NCBI RefSeq assembly: GCF_006345805.1
Contig: NC_043024.1
Coordinates: 16,740,001 to 16,804,000 of the forward strand
Direction of reading: 5' to 3'
Length of the DNA stretch: 64,000 nt
DNA from: Octopus sinensis
Lineage: Eukaryota
A model generated the notes under the pieces. That model made no database searches and was not told where the DNA came from. It saw only the letters and a program-made list of their open reading frames with translations. The position numbers and the translations under genes are program-made. Shown here one piece after another: positions 50,775 to 63,824 of this stretch (the first letter of the stretch is position 1; every line of letters starts with the position of its first letter).

Positions 50775-51688
50775 CAAAATGGGACAAGAACGCAAAACAT
50801 CCGGACAGTTAGGTGATACAAAAATGGGACAACAAAACATCCAGATAGACGATACAAAGAAAACAAGGACAGGTCAATTGAAGTTTTCTCTCCTCAGTCA
50901 AGTACCAGATTATCTTCACAATTTCGGCTGATTATAAAGCCAAGTGAGAGAAAACAAATTTCAAAGGACAGTATTAATCTTCACTCAGTATATTTCAAAG
51001 CATTCGAATACTTCACAGCATACATAGGTGCACTCATGTATACATGGTATAATGTAAAAATATATAAATATGTAAATGTACTTGCAAGGTTATATGTCCA
51101 GATTAAAACCATTGAGGATATTGAAATATGCATGTGGTGAAAGTAGAGCTGTAATCCAAATAGATGAAATGGTGGTATAAAATGATTTTAAGAAGTATCT
51201 TCAGCAGGTAGAAAGTCTGACGGCCATTTCAAGAAAACATAGGTTGGTGTGGTTGAGTTAATTCCAGCTGTAACAATCCTCTTCATTTCTCTCATCAGAG
51301 TTAATTTAAGAGGATTTATAAAAGTGTTATTCAAATCTTAAAGTTTTAAGCAACATGAGAAATTTCAGAATTTTTAAAAATTGAATGCTGTGTCGGAACA
51401 TCCTGTTGAGGCAGATGATTTTAATATGGACATACAACCTCACAAGTACATTTATGTATTTATTATATACTTATATATGTATAATTTTCTATATTATATC
51501 TTGTGTATATGAATGCACCTATGTATGCCATGGAGTATTCCAATGCTTTGATATAGATTGAGTGAATATGAACTCTGACCTTTGAAATTTGTTCTCTCTT
51601 TCTTGGTTTTATATTCTTGATGCTCTATTAGAGCGCTAATTAGTTGTGCTACTGTATAAGGTGATAATTAGCCCATTTATTTCTTCAT

Positions 51689-51736
<48 letters not shown>

Positions 51737-51936
51737 TAGCAGCTAAGTCCAGTTTCACACGGTTTGTTTGGTTGATGTGGCTGTGATCGTTTTTGGTTAG
51801 GCATAAATCTATAACAGCGTTTCTCAACCTTATCATTTCGGGTCCCCTGTTTCGATTGGAGCCTCCAGCTGTATGAAAATTTCCTGCCCCCCCCCCTTCC
51901 CATCAGAAAACAGCTTCAGCAGTTGTGAAGAACGAA

Positions 51937-52498
51937 TTTGTACATAGTCTGTTTCTGAGAGTTATTCTATTGGACCGCTGTCTAATCTTTAAAACATTGA
52001 TTTAATTTTGAATGTAGAAAGAAATTATACATTAATCCCTATTTTTGTAAGCAGTTGTATCCGTAAAAATTTATTTGGCAGAAATTGAAAGAAGATATAT
52101 GAAATGGACGTGTGTGTGTGTGTGCGTGCGTGCTTGCGCGTGTGTATGTGAGAGAGAAAGAGGATGAGAAAGAGGGATACAGTGAGTGAAGGTGTGCGTC
52201 ATGATGATTGATGTATTTGTATGTAGTCTGTTTCTGAGAGCTATTCTATTGGGCCTCTGTCTAATCATTAAAACATTGATTTAATTATGAACATAGAAAG
52301 AAATTATACATTAATCCCTATTTTTGTAAACAGTTGTATCCGTAAAAAATTTTATTTGCAGAGAGCAGAAATTGAAAGAAGATATACGAAATGGATGTGT
52401 GTGTGTGTGTGTGTGTGTGCTTGCATGTGTGTATGTGAGAGAGAAAGAGGGTGAGAGATATAGAGTGAGTGAGTGAAGGTCTGTGTTGTGATGATTGA
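51937..52498 (+). repeat. Older tandem duplication, period about 279 bp
   Basis: 51937-52211 versus 52216-52498, many substitutions. Confidence 0.9.
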
Positions 52499-52994
52499 CG
52501 TCTTTTAAGGTACACACACATACATAGAAAATGTGAAGTCATTGTATAAAATTTTTATGATAGTTGATTTATGGAAAAGATTATGTTAAAGTTTTGAAAT
52601 GCAAATATGTGAATGAAAATTAAGTTCAGACCTCTACCTGGTAGCTAGACCTGGTAGAAATAGTAGCCAAATCTCCCTCAAAACACCCTACTGTCATAAT
52701 CCGACAATTCTGCCTATTATGTAGTTTGAATGAGAAACTGTAACTAAAGATTAGGATTATTAACCCCACAAAGAGGTGAAAGAAGAAAGAAAGCATAACG
52801 AAAGTCATTAGAAAGAGTTTTAATCGATTTTCTGGGTAAATATGGAGGCTAGGAAAAAAATAGAAACTGCAGCACAATGTATGCACACGTCTCCACCTCT
52901 GTGCCATTTTTCATATGAATCCACCCAGCTATTTGGCTGTGAACCTCAAGACAAGAAAGAATGCAATGATCGCCCATGTCCAATTTATATAACT

Positions 52995-53082
52995 GGCACC
53001 TTGGGCAAGTGTTTTCTACTATAGCCTCGGGCCGACCAAAGCCTTATGAGTGAATTGGTAGATGGAAACTGAAAGAAGCCCG

Positions 53083-53127
<45 letters not shown>

Positions 53128-53310
53128 ATGTGTGTGTTTTTGTCTTGACAACTGATGCTGGTGTGTTTACGTCCCCACAACCTAGCAAAAGAGACTGATA
53201 GAATAAGTACTAGGCTTACAAAGAATAAGTCCTAGGGTCGATTTGCTCCACTAAAGGTGGTGCTCCAGCATGGCCACAGTCAAATGACTGAAACAAGTAA
53301 AAAGAAAAGA
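52995..53310 (+). mobile_element. SINE family A, 5'-truncated
   Basis: Family A body and tail. Confidence 0.85.
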
Positions 53311-53557
53311 ATATACATATACATACATATATGTATATATATATCATCATCATCATCATTGCTTAACGTCCGCTTTCCATGCTGGCATGACTTGAACAAT
53401 TTGACTGAAGACTGGCAAGCCAGGAGGCTGCACCAGGCTCCAATCTAATAAGGTTTCTACAGCTGACAGCTGGATACTCTTCCTAATGCCAACCACTCCG
53501 AGAGGGTAGTGAGTGCTTTTTACAAGCCACCAGTACAATGTTGGGTAGCACTGCCAT

Positions 53558-53596
<39 letters not shown>

Positions 53597-54499
53597 AAGA
53601 AAGGGAGAGAGTATGATATTTTATATTTTTGTACAGATACACCCTTGTTTACTATATACTTATAAAGCCATGCCCAGTTATATTTGTGTGTTGAGAGAGA
53701 AGGATGGAGAGAGACTGAAAGCTACATAATCATTCATGAAACCTATGAAGACATGCTGATAGCCTGACCTCCACATAGACTTGTTAGGTACGCAAACACA
53801 AACACTCTTATGCACACACTTGCTCACACGTGCATGTACACACGTGCATGTACACACGTGCATGTACACACGAGCGCAATTACTCTGAATAAGAACTTGC
53901 CTGGCACGTGACAATTCAGCTAACCTATGACACCTGGGAAAATATTTGATGTAAATGTAAAACTGATGATGACGTTAATGATGATCATCACGATGATGAT
54001 GATGAATAGCTATTTCATTTTGTTGACAAAGCTATTAGATTACAAATATCTAATTTACAATAGAGATATTGTGATACAAATGGCATAGAGTTTTGTTGTG
54101 TATATACAATATAATTGATCAGAAAATAAGAATAACCAAGCCCAAACACCCAATGCAATCATGCTGTCACAGAGACATACTGCAGCCATTAGACTGGTGC
54201 ACTCAATAAAACTCATTAGTTACTTATCTTCTAGGTTCAGTCTGTTAAGGTCGATATCATTTACTTAAATTCAGGAATTGATAAAATAAAGTGTGATTAA
54301 TTGAATCCAGCATGGCTGAATAATTGAGAGGTTCACTTCACCACCGTTTGGTTCCAGATTTTATCTCATTCTGTGGCACCGCAGACAAATGGCTTTTAAT
54401 CTTTCCACGACTTTGAGTCAGCAATATCATGTCTGTATATTGAAACTGTGAAAGCTTGTATACATATCATTATTATCATCATTATTATTATTATTATTT

Positions 54500-54760
54500 C
54501 TGGCACCTGTGTCGGTGGCACATAAAAAAAAAAAAAAAACACCATCCGAGCGTGGCCGTTCGCCAGCCTCGTCTGGCACCTGTGTCGGTGGCACATAAAA
54601 TCACCCACTACACTCTCGGAGTGGTTGGCGTTAGGAAGGGCATCCAGCTGTAGAAACACTGCCAGATCTGACTGGCCTGGTGCAGCCTTCGGGCTTCCCA
54701 GACCCCGGTCGAACCGTCCAACCCGTGCTAGCATGGAAAGCGGACGTATGATGATGACGA
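54500..54760 (+). mobile_element. RTE-tail retroelement 3' part, CpG-retaining (young)
   Basis: GGCACCTGTGTCGGTGGCACATAAAA twice; ends AACCCGTGCTAGCATGGAAAGCGGACG(TGA)n. Confidence 0.75.
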
Positions 54761-54824
54761 CGACGACGACGACCACGACCACGATCACGACCACGATCAC
54801 GATCACGATCATGATCATCATCAT

Positions 54825-55014
54825 CATCTGGCAGAATCATTTGCATGCTGGGCAAAATGCTGCCAAGCATTTTGCCCATCTTTATATTCTGAGGTCGACT
54901 TTGCATTTCATCCTTTCAGGGTCAATAAATTAAATACCAGTGAAACACTGGAGTCGGTGGAAATGACTAGCCCCTCCCGACCAAAAATTCCAGGTTTTGT
55001 GCCTAACATAGAGG
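54825..55014 (+). mobile_element. SINE-like family B copy
   Basis: Family B core; another copy at 55464-55680. Confidence 0.7.
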
Positions 55015-55463
55015 ATTATTATTATCATTATTATTATTTTTTTCTTCTTCTTTCAAATTTGCTTCCATTTCTTGCCGAGTGTCTTCCCGACTCCTAGGGC
55101 AAAGAAACTCAGTATACATTGGTAGGCCATTAAACTAAACTCAATAGTTCGTTCATTTTTTTAAAGTTATATTAAAATACACGGGTAGTAATAGTTCTCA
55201 CATCGACAATGCTCTTCTCAATACGTGTGATGTACCAGTTAAGACAATCTTTTGTACTTCTTGCAGGGATGGTAAGCCAGGGATCATTCTCATATAATTT
55301 TCGGTTCCCTTCTTGATCATTCCTAGTGCTCCTATGATCACTGGTATAGTAACTGCCTTGAGATGCCACATTTTCTCAATTTCAATGAGCAGGTCTTTAT
55401 ATTTTCTGAGCTTGTCAAACTCTTTCGCCGAGATATTATGATCACAGGGGATGCTCATGTCGA
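55015..55463 (-). mobile_element. R4/Dong-like element 3' end (RLE domain, UTR, AAT tail)
   Basis: DMSIPCDHNISAKEFDKLRKYKDLLIEIEKMWHLKAVTIPVIIGALG..LQEVQKIVLTGTSHVLRRALSM*, uninterrupted. Confidence 0.9.
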
Positions 55464-56954
55464 GCTGGCAGAAACATTAGCATTCTGGGCAAAATGTGAA
55501 GTGGTATTTCACCTATCTTTAGGTTCTGTGTTCAAATTCTGCTGAGGTTGACTTTACCTTTCATCCTTTCAGGGTCAATAAAATAAGTACCAGTGAAATA
55601 CTGGGGTCGATGTAATCAGCCAATTCCCTCACCCCAAATTTCAGGTCTTGTACCTTCAGTAGAAAGGATTATTATTATTATCATCATCATCATCATCATC
55701 ATTTGCTCAACTTTGTTAACTCAACAGAGTCATTAGCACAAAATACTTAGCAGCATTTCATGTCTTTACGGTTTGAGTTCAAACTCTATGAGGGTCAACT
55801 TTGCATTTTATTCTTTGAAGGTTGATGAATTAAGTACCAGTTACCCCCCCCCCTGAATTTGCTGGCTTCTTTCCAAAATTTGATACCAATATGCCATACC
55901 ATATTTCCATTATTATTATTATTATTATTATTATTATAATTATTATTATTATTATAATTATTATTATGCATTTATGATTTCCTGCTGTGTGGTCAAGGAA
56001 GGAACCAGAGGAGTGTGGTGTGGTAAAATGGGCAATGGAGCAAAATAAGTAATTCTTGATGACTTGTTATTTTTTTTTACCTGTTTGAAGGTGTAGCATC
56101 ATTTGTCCTGTGATATTGTCTTTGGTGGGAGTCAAAATTAATTGGTCAGCATAGTTGTTGTTGTTGTTGAAGTTGAGAGTGTTTGGAATACAGATGACAA
56201 GTACGTTTTTTTCACGAAATTTTTCCTCAACCTGATTATAATTGAGGTTGCTAATGAAATATTTGGGTAATGTTTGGTGTTTAACAATCAATATTCTTTT
56301 CTATTTTGGATTCCAAATCAATTTTTGCCCACACTAATGTCTAATTGGATAATTTTCAAGTTTCAAAAACTGATGTCTAAAGTGGGGCAAAATGAGTCAT
56401 GACTAATTTTAATGAATTCTTCTCTTTAACTGCATGATGCATAATTATATCTGGAGGAGAGCCCCTTTGGCAGATTGTTAAGAAGCTATAAAGAATATTT
56501 TATGTTCAGTTTTTAGATTAAGTCAAGTTTTTCTTTTTTGATTTCATACCATGTGCCATTTTCCCATGATCTTTCATTTGAAGATGTTTTTAATTTTTGC
56601 TTCATTTCTGGTTTTTGTGATATCTAAGGAAGGATATTGATGTGTACAAGTTTCCTCCTCCCACAAATGTAATTCTGGAGAATTAAAGAGGCAGATTTTA
56701 CCTTATCTTGTCTCACTCATTTTGCCCCAGCTAAATTTGTCTTTTATATGCTGAAAGAGAACAGTGATAATTTTCTGAAATATCTTTCTGAATATGTTAT
56801 AGTGTTTTTTACTACAATTAGAGAAGGGCATTTGCTTAGATGATGTAGTTTTTGATATATAGTTGAACATTTTGGAAAAGTATATTTATTCTCAAAGCCA
56901 AAAGTCAAAATGCAGTAAATATTTTACATTGTACCCCCACCCTACTGTGTTTAA

Positions 56955-57335
56955 TCATTGCAATCTTCAATTTAGCACAGGTCTGACCTTTTTACTTCTG
57001 ACAATAACAGTTCTGAGGCATTTTTTATGTGCCATACCATGTTGTTTTCTTCTGCTCTAATACTGCGTTTTCATCCAATCAGATTCCTTCCACCTCTTTT
57101 TTTTTAGTACATACAGTCTGTCCTTGTTAACTCCATGTTTAAATTCTTCTACTGTCTTCATGATTACCACTGCTTCGTATGTAAGGAGTAAGACTAGCCT
57201 TATGTTGATAGCTTCAATCTTATTCTGTCCATTCAGTTCCTACTTGAGGGCAAGTCTCAGTCTGTATAAGTATTCCATCGTAAATTTTTCTGCCATTTCC
57301 TCTTCCATTACTTTTAACCATTTCCAATATCCCTG
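56955..57335 (-). mobile_element. R4/Dong-like RT C-terminal fragment
   Basis: EYLYRLRLALK*ELNGQNKIEAIN..DRLYV..GGRNLIG..IRAEENN. Confidence 0.7.
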
Positions 57336-57994
57336 AGTAATTATTACCCACGTCTTCTACATGCTTCATAAACTCCTCCAACAACAACAACAACAGTAGT
57401 AAATGCCCTGATGTAGTACCAGGCAGTGGCTCTCATGGCTTCTGATCTTAACTGATTGTAATTGTCATCTTGTACATTGTTTTGTCTTGTTATAAAAGAT
57501 GGGCTAGAGCAGATATTCTGCTCAATACCACAGATTTGCTTGTCAGTTGTTTGACCTTAACCAGTTGAGCATGTCCCTTAGTGGCTGACGATATGTGCAT
57601 CTCTGATCATGAGCAGAAGTATTTGGGGAGCATCATAGCCATGTGTTGAGAAGAATTGTTTCGCCTCTGGAAACATGGGTGTTTCATTCAACATTTTTAA
57701 ACAACCCCTATTCAGTGACCTTCTGAGTGGGATGGGCTACTTGACCTAAAGAAAATTCTAACTGCACCCCACCTGCAAGGTCATGTGCTGTTTATCTTGA
57801 TATGAGATCACCATGTCGTGCATTTATAGTTGTGATGCATGTGCCTAGTGTACTCTTATCAGATGGGTAGTCAGGATGGGTATACTGGGCTTCGTATATT
57901 TTACCCCAGTGTTACTTTGATGGCATGCACTGATCTTCCATGCAATAATAATAATGATATATTATTATTATTATTATCATTATTATTATTATTA

Positions 57995-58029
<35 letters not shown>

Positions 58030-58223
58030 TTCATTATCATCTTCTTTCAATTCTGTTTCCATTTCTTACCAAGTATCTTCCTGTCACCTAGGGCAGAGAA
58101 ACGTACCGTATGCATTGGTAGGCCATTAAAATAAACACACCAAATTGACCATTTACAACGTCATGTGATGGAGAAAAAGGGAAGAAAGACAGAGAGAAAA
58201 AGGAAAAATGAGAAAGTAAACAT

Positions 58224-58386
58224 AGGCACAGGAGTGGGTGTGTAGTAAGAACAACAGGCTTCTTTCAGTTTCCGTCTACCAAATCCACTCACAAGGTACT
58301 TGACCAAGGTGCCACGGAGTGGGACTGAACCCTGGAACCATGTGGTTGGTTAGCAAGCTACTTACCACACAGCCACTTCTGCACCT
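58224..58386. mobile_element. SINE A head followed by an inverted SINE A 5' half
   Basis: 26-nt head (+) pairs 21/26 with the head of the inverted copy. Confidence 0.65.
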
Positions 58387-58529
58387 TCCTTTTCATTGTA
58401 TACTGTGTATACTTACATCTTTTTTTTTTGTTATTTAATTATTTTATCATTTCATTATATGTAAACACCCACACTTTATGTCTGTCTTTGTGTTGTCCCA
58501 CCTCATCCTTTGGCCCAGTGGCATTTCAT

Positions 58530-58690
58530 CTGTGTCAGTGTTCTGATTTCAAATTCCACCAAGGTTGACTTTGCCGTTCATCCTTTCAGGGACTATATAT
58601 TAAATACCAGTGAAACACTGGGGTCAATGTAAACGACTAGTCCCCTCCCCACAAATTTCAGGCCTTATGCTTTGAGGAGAAAGGATTATC
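58530..58690 (+). mobile_element. SINE-like family B copy
   Basis: Family B core and ATT tail. Confidence 0.7.
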
Positions 58691-59712
58691 ATTATTATTA
58701 TTACTGTTATTATTATGATTATTATTATTATTATTATTAGTAGTAGTAGTAGTAGGAGTAGGAGTAGATTGAGCAGCCATGCAGTGTCTTCATCGTAAGC
58801 TGTTAAGGCTATTGGATTCCATTAGGGCTAGTTTTTAGCTCTGATATTACAATATTCATTAGACGAGAGAGAGAGAGAGCTTGGTGGGGGAGGTAAATCT
58901 TTAAACCATTAATGCTTTATGTGACCTTTTGCCATTACAAGTCAAGTTTAAGATGTTCTAGACTTGCATTCTTTGAGTCTTCCTGCTTCTGGTACAGAAT
59001 CTTCCAAAGATCCAGTACATTGCCTAAGGCATGTAACAGAAATTAGGATTCTTATGTGTGTAAGTATCTCTGTAAATAGACGCATGCATGCATGAACGCA
59101 AGCATGCACACACATATGTGCACACATGCACACATAGATATACATGTATACATTCTATATTATTTACTTCTTTACAATATGACCTCAGGTATACTGGGAA
59201 CCGATTTCTGTATTAATATCAGTGAGTGTGTGCCTGTTTGTGTGCATGCATGTGTGTGTGTGTGCGTGTGCATCCATTATACGTAAACCGAATGCTAGCA
59301 GTATATCATGGTAGCCATTTAAAATACACACTTATATTTACTTTTTAATGATATCAAATGTTACCATTATAACAACAGTATTAAATATTCTCGTAGATTA
59401 CCCTCATTGATATTTCAAATGACCATTTAGAGGATGGAAACTGTTGATGTTTAATATATAATATATTCACTAAATAACAGTGATGTGTGTGTGTGTGTGT
59501 AATATTAACACTTGATAACAGGAGAATGGATATAAAGGTTATGTGTGTGGATGTGTTAAATGGCTTCCATGAGTTAATTGCTTTAGTTTCAAGAGGATTT
59601 TGCAGATCAGGTCAATTGATAAAACAGTTACAACTCTAAAATACACACGCATACATGCATATAACCACATCCACACTCACATACATACACACATGCGCAC
59701 GCATGTGCTACG

Positions 59713-59868
59713 TCAGCTGGATCAGTGAGCCGATACTCTGAAGTTTTCCTGGGTGACCACTTTATCAAACAGTAAACTAGACTGGTCACTGTTTGATAAA
59801 GTGGTCATCCGGCGGGGGTGGGTGGGGTTCTGGTGAACTGCAGAGTAACAGCTGACTGATTCAGCTGA
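59713..59868. repeat. Two-tier fold-back (MITE-like)
   Basis: Perfect 20-bp inner arms 59754-59773 / 59788-59807; imperfect outer arms of about 33 bp. Confidence 0.85.
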
Positions 59869-60777
59869 AATATTTTATACATAAATACCCTCTGTGTGTG
59901 TGTGTGTGTGTGTTGAAACTAAAGCAGTTACGCAAACAGAAATCTCACAGCCATTTAAAATACACATCTATACCATTATAATGACTTTAGTATATATTAT
60001 TGAGAGTGTCTTTCATTCTGTGTAAGTTGAAGAAAATATCAGTGACAGTAGTACATACTAACACATACACACAGGCTGAAGTAATCTGTCATTGCTCATG
60101 CTGAAGACACTAGGAATTAATGTGGAAATCACAAAATAATTCACTGAAATTTTCATGAAGCGTCTTGGTCAGTAATGCGTAGACTTTCAGACGAGGCATC
60201 CAGCCAACATTTTTTTCAGAAAATCTCTTTGGATTTCTATGTTTTAAACACTGGAAATCGCAATTCTGTAATGAAAAAATATTTATGGTTTAGTCTCCAC
60301 TCCTCCATCTAACCCTAACCAGACTCTAAACCCAACCCTTTCTAACCATAAATCTATGTTGTGAATCCTTAATCCTAAACCCATTTTTTCTTGAATAATT
60401 ATAATTTCCTTTATTTAAAATATTATTCCCCCCAAAAGAATCTAAACGTAAAAGAATTTCCCCCAGATAAAAAAATGAATATGTTGTGGCCAACCATGTA
60501 TTCTGAAATAGAGAAAGGTCTGGAGCCCCACAAAATATTTAAATTGGAATTTTGAATTTTTTTCTTTCTCAGAATTGTAATTCCTGATGTTTTGCTTAAG
60601 ACACAGTGATCTGAAGATATTTTCTACAATAAATAAATAAATAGATTAATAGATAAGCCAAAGATGATGATACTCTGTTCAAAACATTGACAAACAATGT
60701 TAGTGTATTAGATGTCCCAACTTTTTACACTTGACCAAAATGTGGAGCATCCCAAATCATTGTCCTGCAGTTACTGT

Positions 60778-61000
60778 TTAACCCCTTAGCAACCAGATTA
60801 CCCTGTCAAATGTAATCCTTATTTATTCTCATTCTTTTGAATTAGTTATGGATTATCTCAAACCTCTGAGATTTTCATGATGAGACTGCTTATTTTTTAG
60901 TGTGACATTGTAGGGTAAGTATGAGAAGTGAGATCTGGCTGGTTTCAGCATAAAACAGAATATTTTGGCCAGAAGTGGCTAATTTAAATGGTCAAGGACT
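60778..61000. mobile_element. TTAA-bounded MITE, relative of 42525-42749
   Basis: TTAACCCCTTAGCA start; body matches the reverse complement of the 42.5-kb copy. Confidence 0.6.
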
Positions 61001-61483
61001 AAGGTGCAAGCCCTTTATACATTCTTTAATCATAATCCTTCTAGTGATGGAACCAAGTGCAAACACCACTTGTGGCTTTTGTTTAGGGTTACTTACATCT
61101 AGAGATGGGTTGCCATTCATGGTCCAGCTCTACGTATCCCTTTTATTGGTCAGTGGTTGAATGACACCAGGGTATATCCACACCCTGGCTGGACTGTGTC
61201 TATCTCTGTGGGCATTGCTGCTCTGATTTTGACTACAGATTAATCTGGGACTGTAAGGTATCCAGTTCCTATGTGAGACCAGAAGGAGGCAGTACCAGAT
61301 TCTTGGGGGTAGTAGAAAGACTGTGTTCCAATAGGAGACATATGCAAAGAAAGTTAGGGGGTGCACTACTGCACCAACTGTCCATACACACAGGACTTTG
61401 CCTTTCATCTTTTCGGGGACAATAAAATAAGTACCAGTTAAACACTGGGGTTGAAGGTTGTGAACTTGCAGAGTCACCCTTCT

Positions 61484-61699
61484 GGAGTCAACTTTACCTT
61501 TCACTCTTTTGAGGTTGATTTTGCCGTTCACCTTTTTGGGGGCGATTTTGCCTTTCACCCTTTTGGAGTCAACTTTTCCTTTCACCCTTTCGGGGTTGTT
61601 TCTCCCTTTCACCCTTTTGGGGTCGACTTTGCTTTTCACCCTTTCAGTGTCGATTTTGCCATTCACCCTTTTGGGGTTGATTTTGCCTTTCACCCTTTC
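61484..61699. repeat. 8 x 27-bp minisatellite inside a family B SINE
   Basis: Eight units of exactly 27 bp, consensus GGGGTYGAYTTTGCCTTTCACCCTTTY. Confidence 0.95.
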
Positions 61700-62004
61700 A
61701 GGGTTGATATAATGAGTACCAGTTGAACACTGGGGTTGATGTAACTAACTTACCCCTCCCCCAGAATTGCTGGGCTTGAGCCAAAATTTAAAATTGATAT
61801 TATTGTAAACTAGTACCTTGTGGTGATGAAAGGTTTTTGGCTAATGTTCTCATAAAACAAACCCAATGAATAAAATAACTTCATTTTTGTGTCATGGAAT
61901 CCATCACACAAGAATTTTGTTCTTTATTCTATCAACATGGAAAAGAAACTTTCTCCATTGATGGAAAACAGACCATAAGAAAATATTGTGTGCACATATA
62001 TGTG

Positions 62005-62375
62005 CAGGCGTGGCTGTGTGGTATGTAGCTTGCTTACCAACCACATGGTTCTGGGTTCAGTCCAATGTGTGGTACCTTGGGCAAGTGTCTTCTGTTATAG
62101 CCTTGTGAATGGATTTGGTAGACAGAAACTGAAAATAGCCCGTTGTATATATGTATATATATGTTTGTGTGTCTGTGTTTGTCCACCCACCATCGCTTGA
62201 CAACTGATGTTGGTTTGTTTATGTCTCTGTAACCTAGCATTTCGGCAAAAGAGACCAATAGAATAAGTACGAGGCTTACAAAGAATAAGTCTCTGGGGTC
62301 GATTTGTTCGACTAAAGGCAGTGCTCCAACATGGCCACAGTCAAATGACTGAAACAAGTAAAAGAATAAAAGAAT
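62005..62375 (+). mobile_element. SINE family A, full length
   Basis: Family A consensus. Confidence 0.85.
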
Positions 62376-62566
62376 ATATACTCACAAAACTCTACTGCTG
62401 TGTGTGTGAGTATGTGGGGGCAGTGTCTATGTCTGTGTGTGTCTGCATGTATGTGTCTATGTGTGTGTGTGTGTGTTTGTGTAGATAAAGATGTATTCTT
62501 TATTTTTCTTTTCTCTTCCAAAAACTTTCAAATATTTTTTGCTTACTTTTCCTGAGAAGAAAGCTG

Positions 62567-62971
62567 GGATCTTTTCAGTTTGAACGGCAGTTTTTAACAT
62601 AATTTCTAGGCAACTAAAAAATTTTAAACTTCGTATACTGATAGAATGTGTTTATAAAACATCTTTCTCTCTTGGCTTTATTGAGAAAATTCTATAGTTT
62701 GTAAGATATTTGTTGCTTGTTTTTCTTCAATTTCAACCAATCACTAACGTCTATTGAGGTAAAAAAAACATTCTGTGCCATATGAATATGTCCCTCGTTT
62801 AAGAAACAGATTGGGTTTATTTACATTTGTGAAGAAAAAAAGATACCCTTCCCCCCATCCCTAACCCTAAAACAGATTGAAATGCAATAGATCGATACTA
62901 GGGTCATAATTATGGGTGACAATTTCATGTGACACTGCTAGAAAAAACTACCATTCAAACCGAAAAGATCC
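62567..62971. mobile_element. MITE with about 29-bp TIRs, superfamily unassigned
   Basis: GGATCTTTTCAGTTTGAACGGCAGTTTTT versus reverse complement of AAAAACTACCATTCAAACCGAAAAGATCC (3 mismatches); no TSD resolved. Confidence 0.8.
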
Positions 62972-63244
62972 AAAAACTGAATTCTCACTGTGTATGTAAC
63001 CACTAGTGTAACCAGAGTGTGTGCTGCCCCTGGACCCTACAAAAACATATTGCCTACAGCAGACCCAAAAGTACCGGCCTTTTAAAACTGTTGCCTGGAG
63101 TGGACAGCCCCTACCACACCCCTTAGCTACACTAGTTTATGTAACGTAAGTTTATGTCTGGCATGTGGTCGCTTGATATGCTAGAATTAACAGTCAATCT
63201 CCTTGTAATCACATACACACACACACATATATATATATATATAT

Positions 63245-63420
63245 TGTAGGGTATTTCAAAAGTGCCCAGATGTTTCTTCAGGTCGGGTGATATTGAACCC
63301 AATGCTCCAATGACGGCAGGAACAACCTCTCAACCTCTACGTTTGACTCTTGCAGCTGCCACGTCTTGGTGGTCTCAATTTTCAGTTCTCCATATTCGTT
63401 GACCTTTTCTCGTTATTTCA
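63245..63420 (-). mobile_element. R4/Dong-like RLE fragment
   Basis: EKVNEYGELKIETTKTWQL..VVPAVIGALGSISPDLKKHL. Confidence 0.7.
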
Positions 63421-63439
63421 TTATAATATGTTGAGTATT

Positions 63440-63824
63440 ACTATTATTATTGTTATTCAATTTTAATCTGCAAGCTTGCTACAATCACTTGCTGAGACAT
63501 ACCCAGTGTCCCAGGGTGAGTGAAGGACAAGAGATGACTGAAAGCTTGGGGAGGGCAAGTGGCAGGGGCAGTAACAAAATATCTTCATGTAATACAACAC
63601 AGACATTTAAATCGATAGGCTTTTTCTAAGGATGTGGTCAGCACTTGTCAGCACAATCTTTAGGATTTCTCTGAGACACAGTTTGCCTGAGATGTTGTCT
63701 GGATGTTTCTGAGATCCTTGTTTTTTATTATCATATCTAGGGCACCCACAATAACAGGAACAGTTCACACTTTAAGATGCCACATCTTTTGTATTTCAAT
63801 TTCCAGGTTCTTATATTTACTTAT
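63440..63824 (-). mobile_element. R4/Dong-like 3' end with UTR and AAT tail
   Basis: ISKYKNLEIEIQKMWHLKV*TVPVIVGALDMI..EILKIVLTSADHILRKSLSI*. Confidence 0.8.

Noticed and set aside
50915-50945. Minus-strand GGCT/AGCC stem followed by GAAA
   Set aside because: Core absent; the sequence is cut off upstream
53825-53872. Three CACGTG E-boxes as a regulatory cluster
   Set aside because: By-product of a 14-bp tandem repeat in CA/TG-rich DNA
56067-56291. Minus-strand ORF ending at CAG|GTAAAA as an exon
   Set aside because: No clear acceptor and no recognisable protein
57380-57945. Probable non-autonomous retroelement between (AAC)n and (AAT)n
   Set aside because: Looks repeat-like but has a single copy in the window and no diagnostic motif, so it cannot be supported here
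60300-60380. Telomere-like CCCTAA motifs (also near 62860)
   Set aside because: Short and degenerate; the 62860 copy is inside a MITE; not an interstitial telomere array
61130-61693. 187-aa basic repeat protein
   Set aside because: Explained by the 27-bp minisatellite inside a SINE; no splice or start context
61484-61699. CRISPR-like array
   Set aside because: Units are contiguous with no unique spacers, and the context is eukaryotic
63002-63136. Small MITE with ACTAGTGTA termini
   Set aside because: TIR match is only about 17/21 and no TSD is visible; too weak to list as a feature
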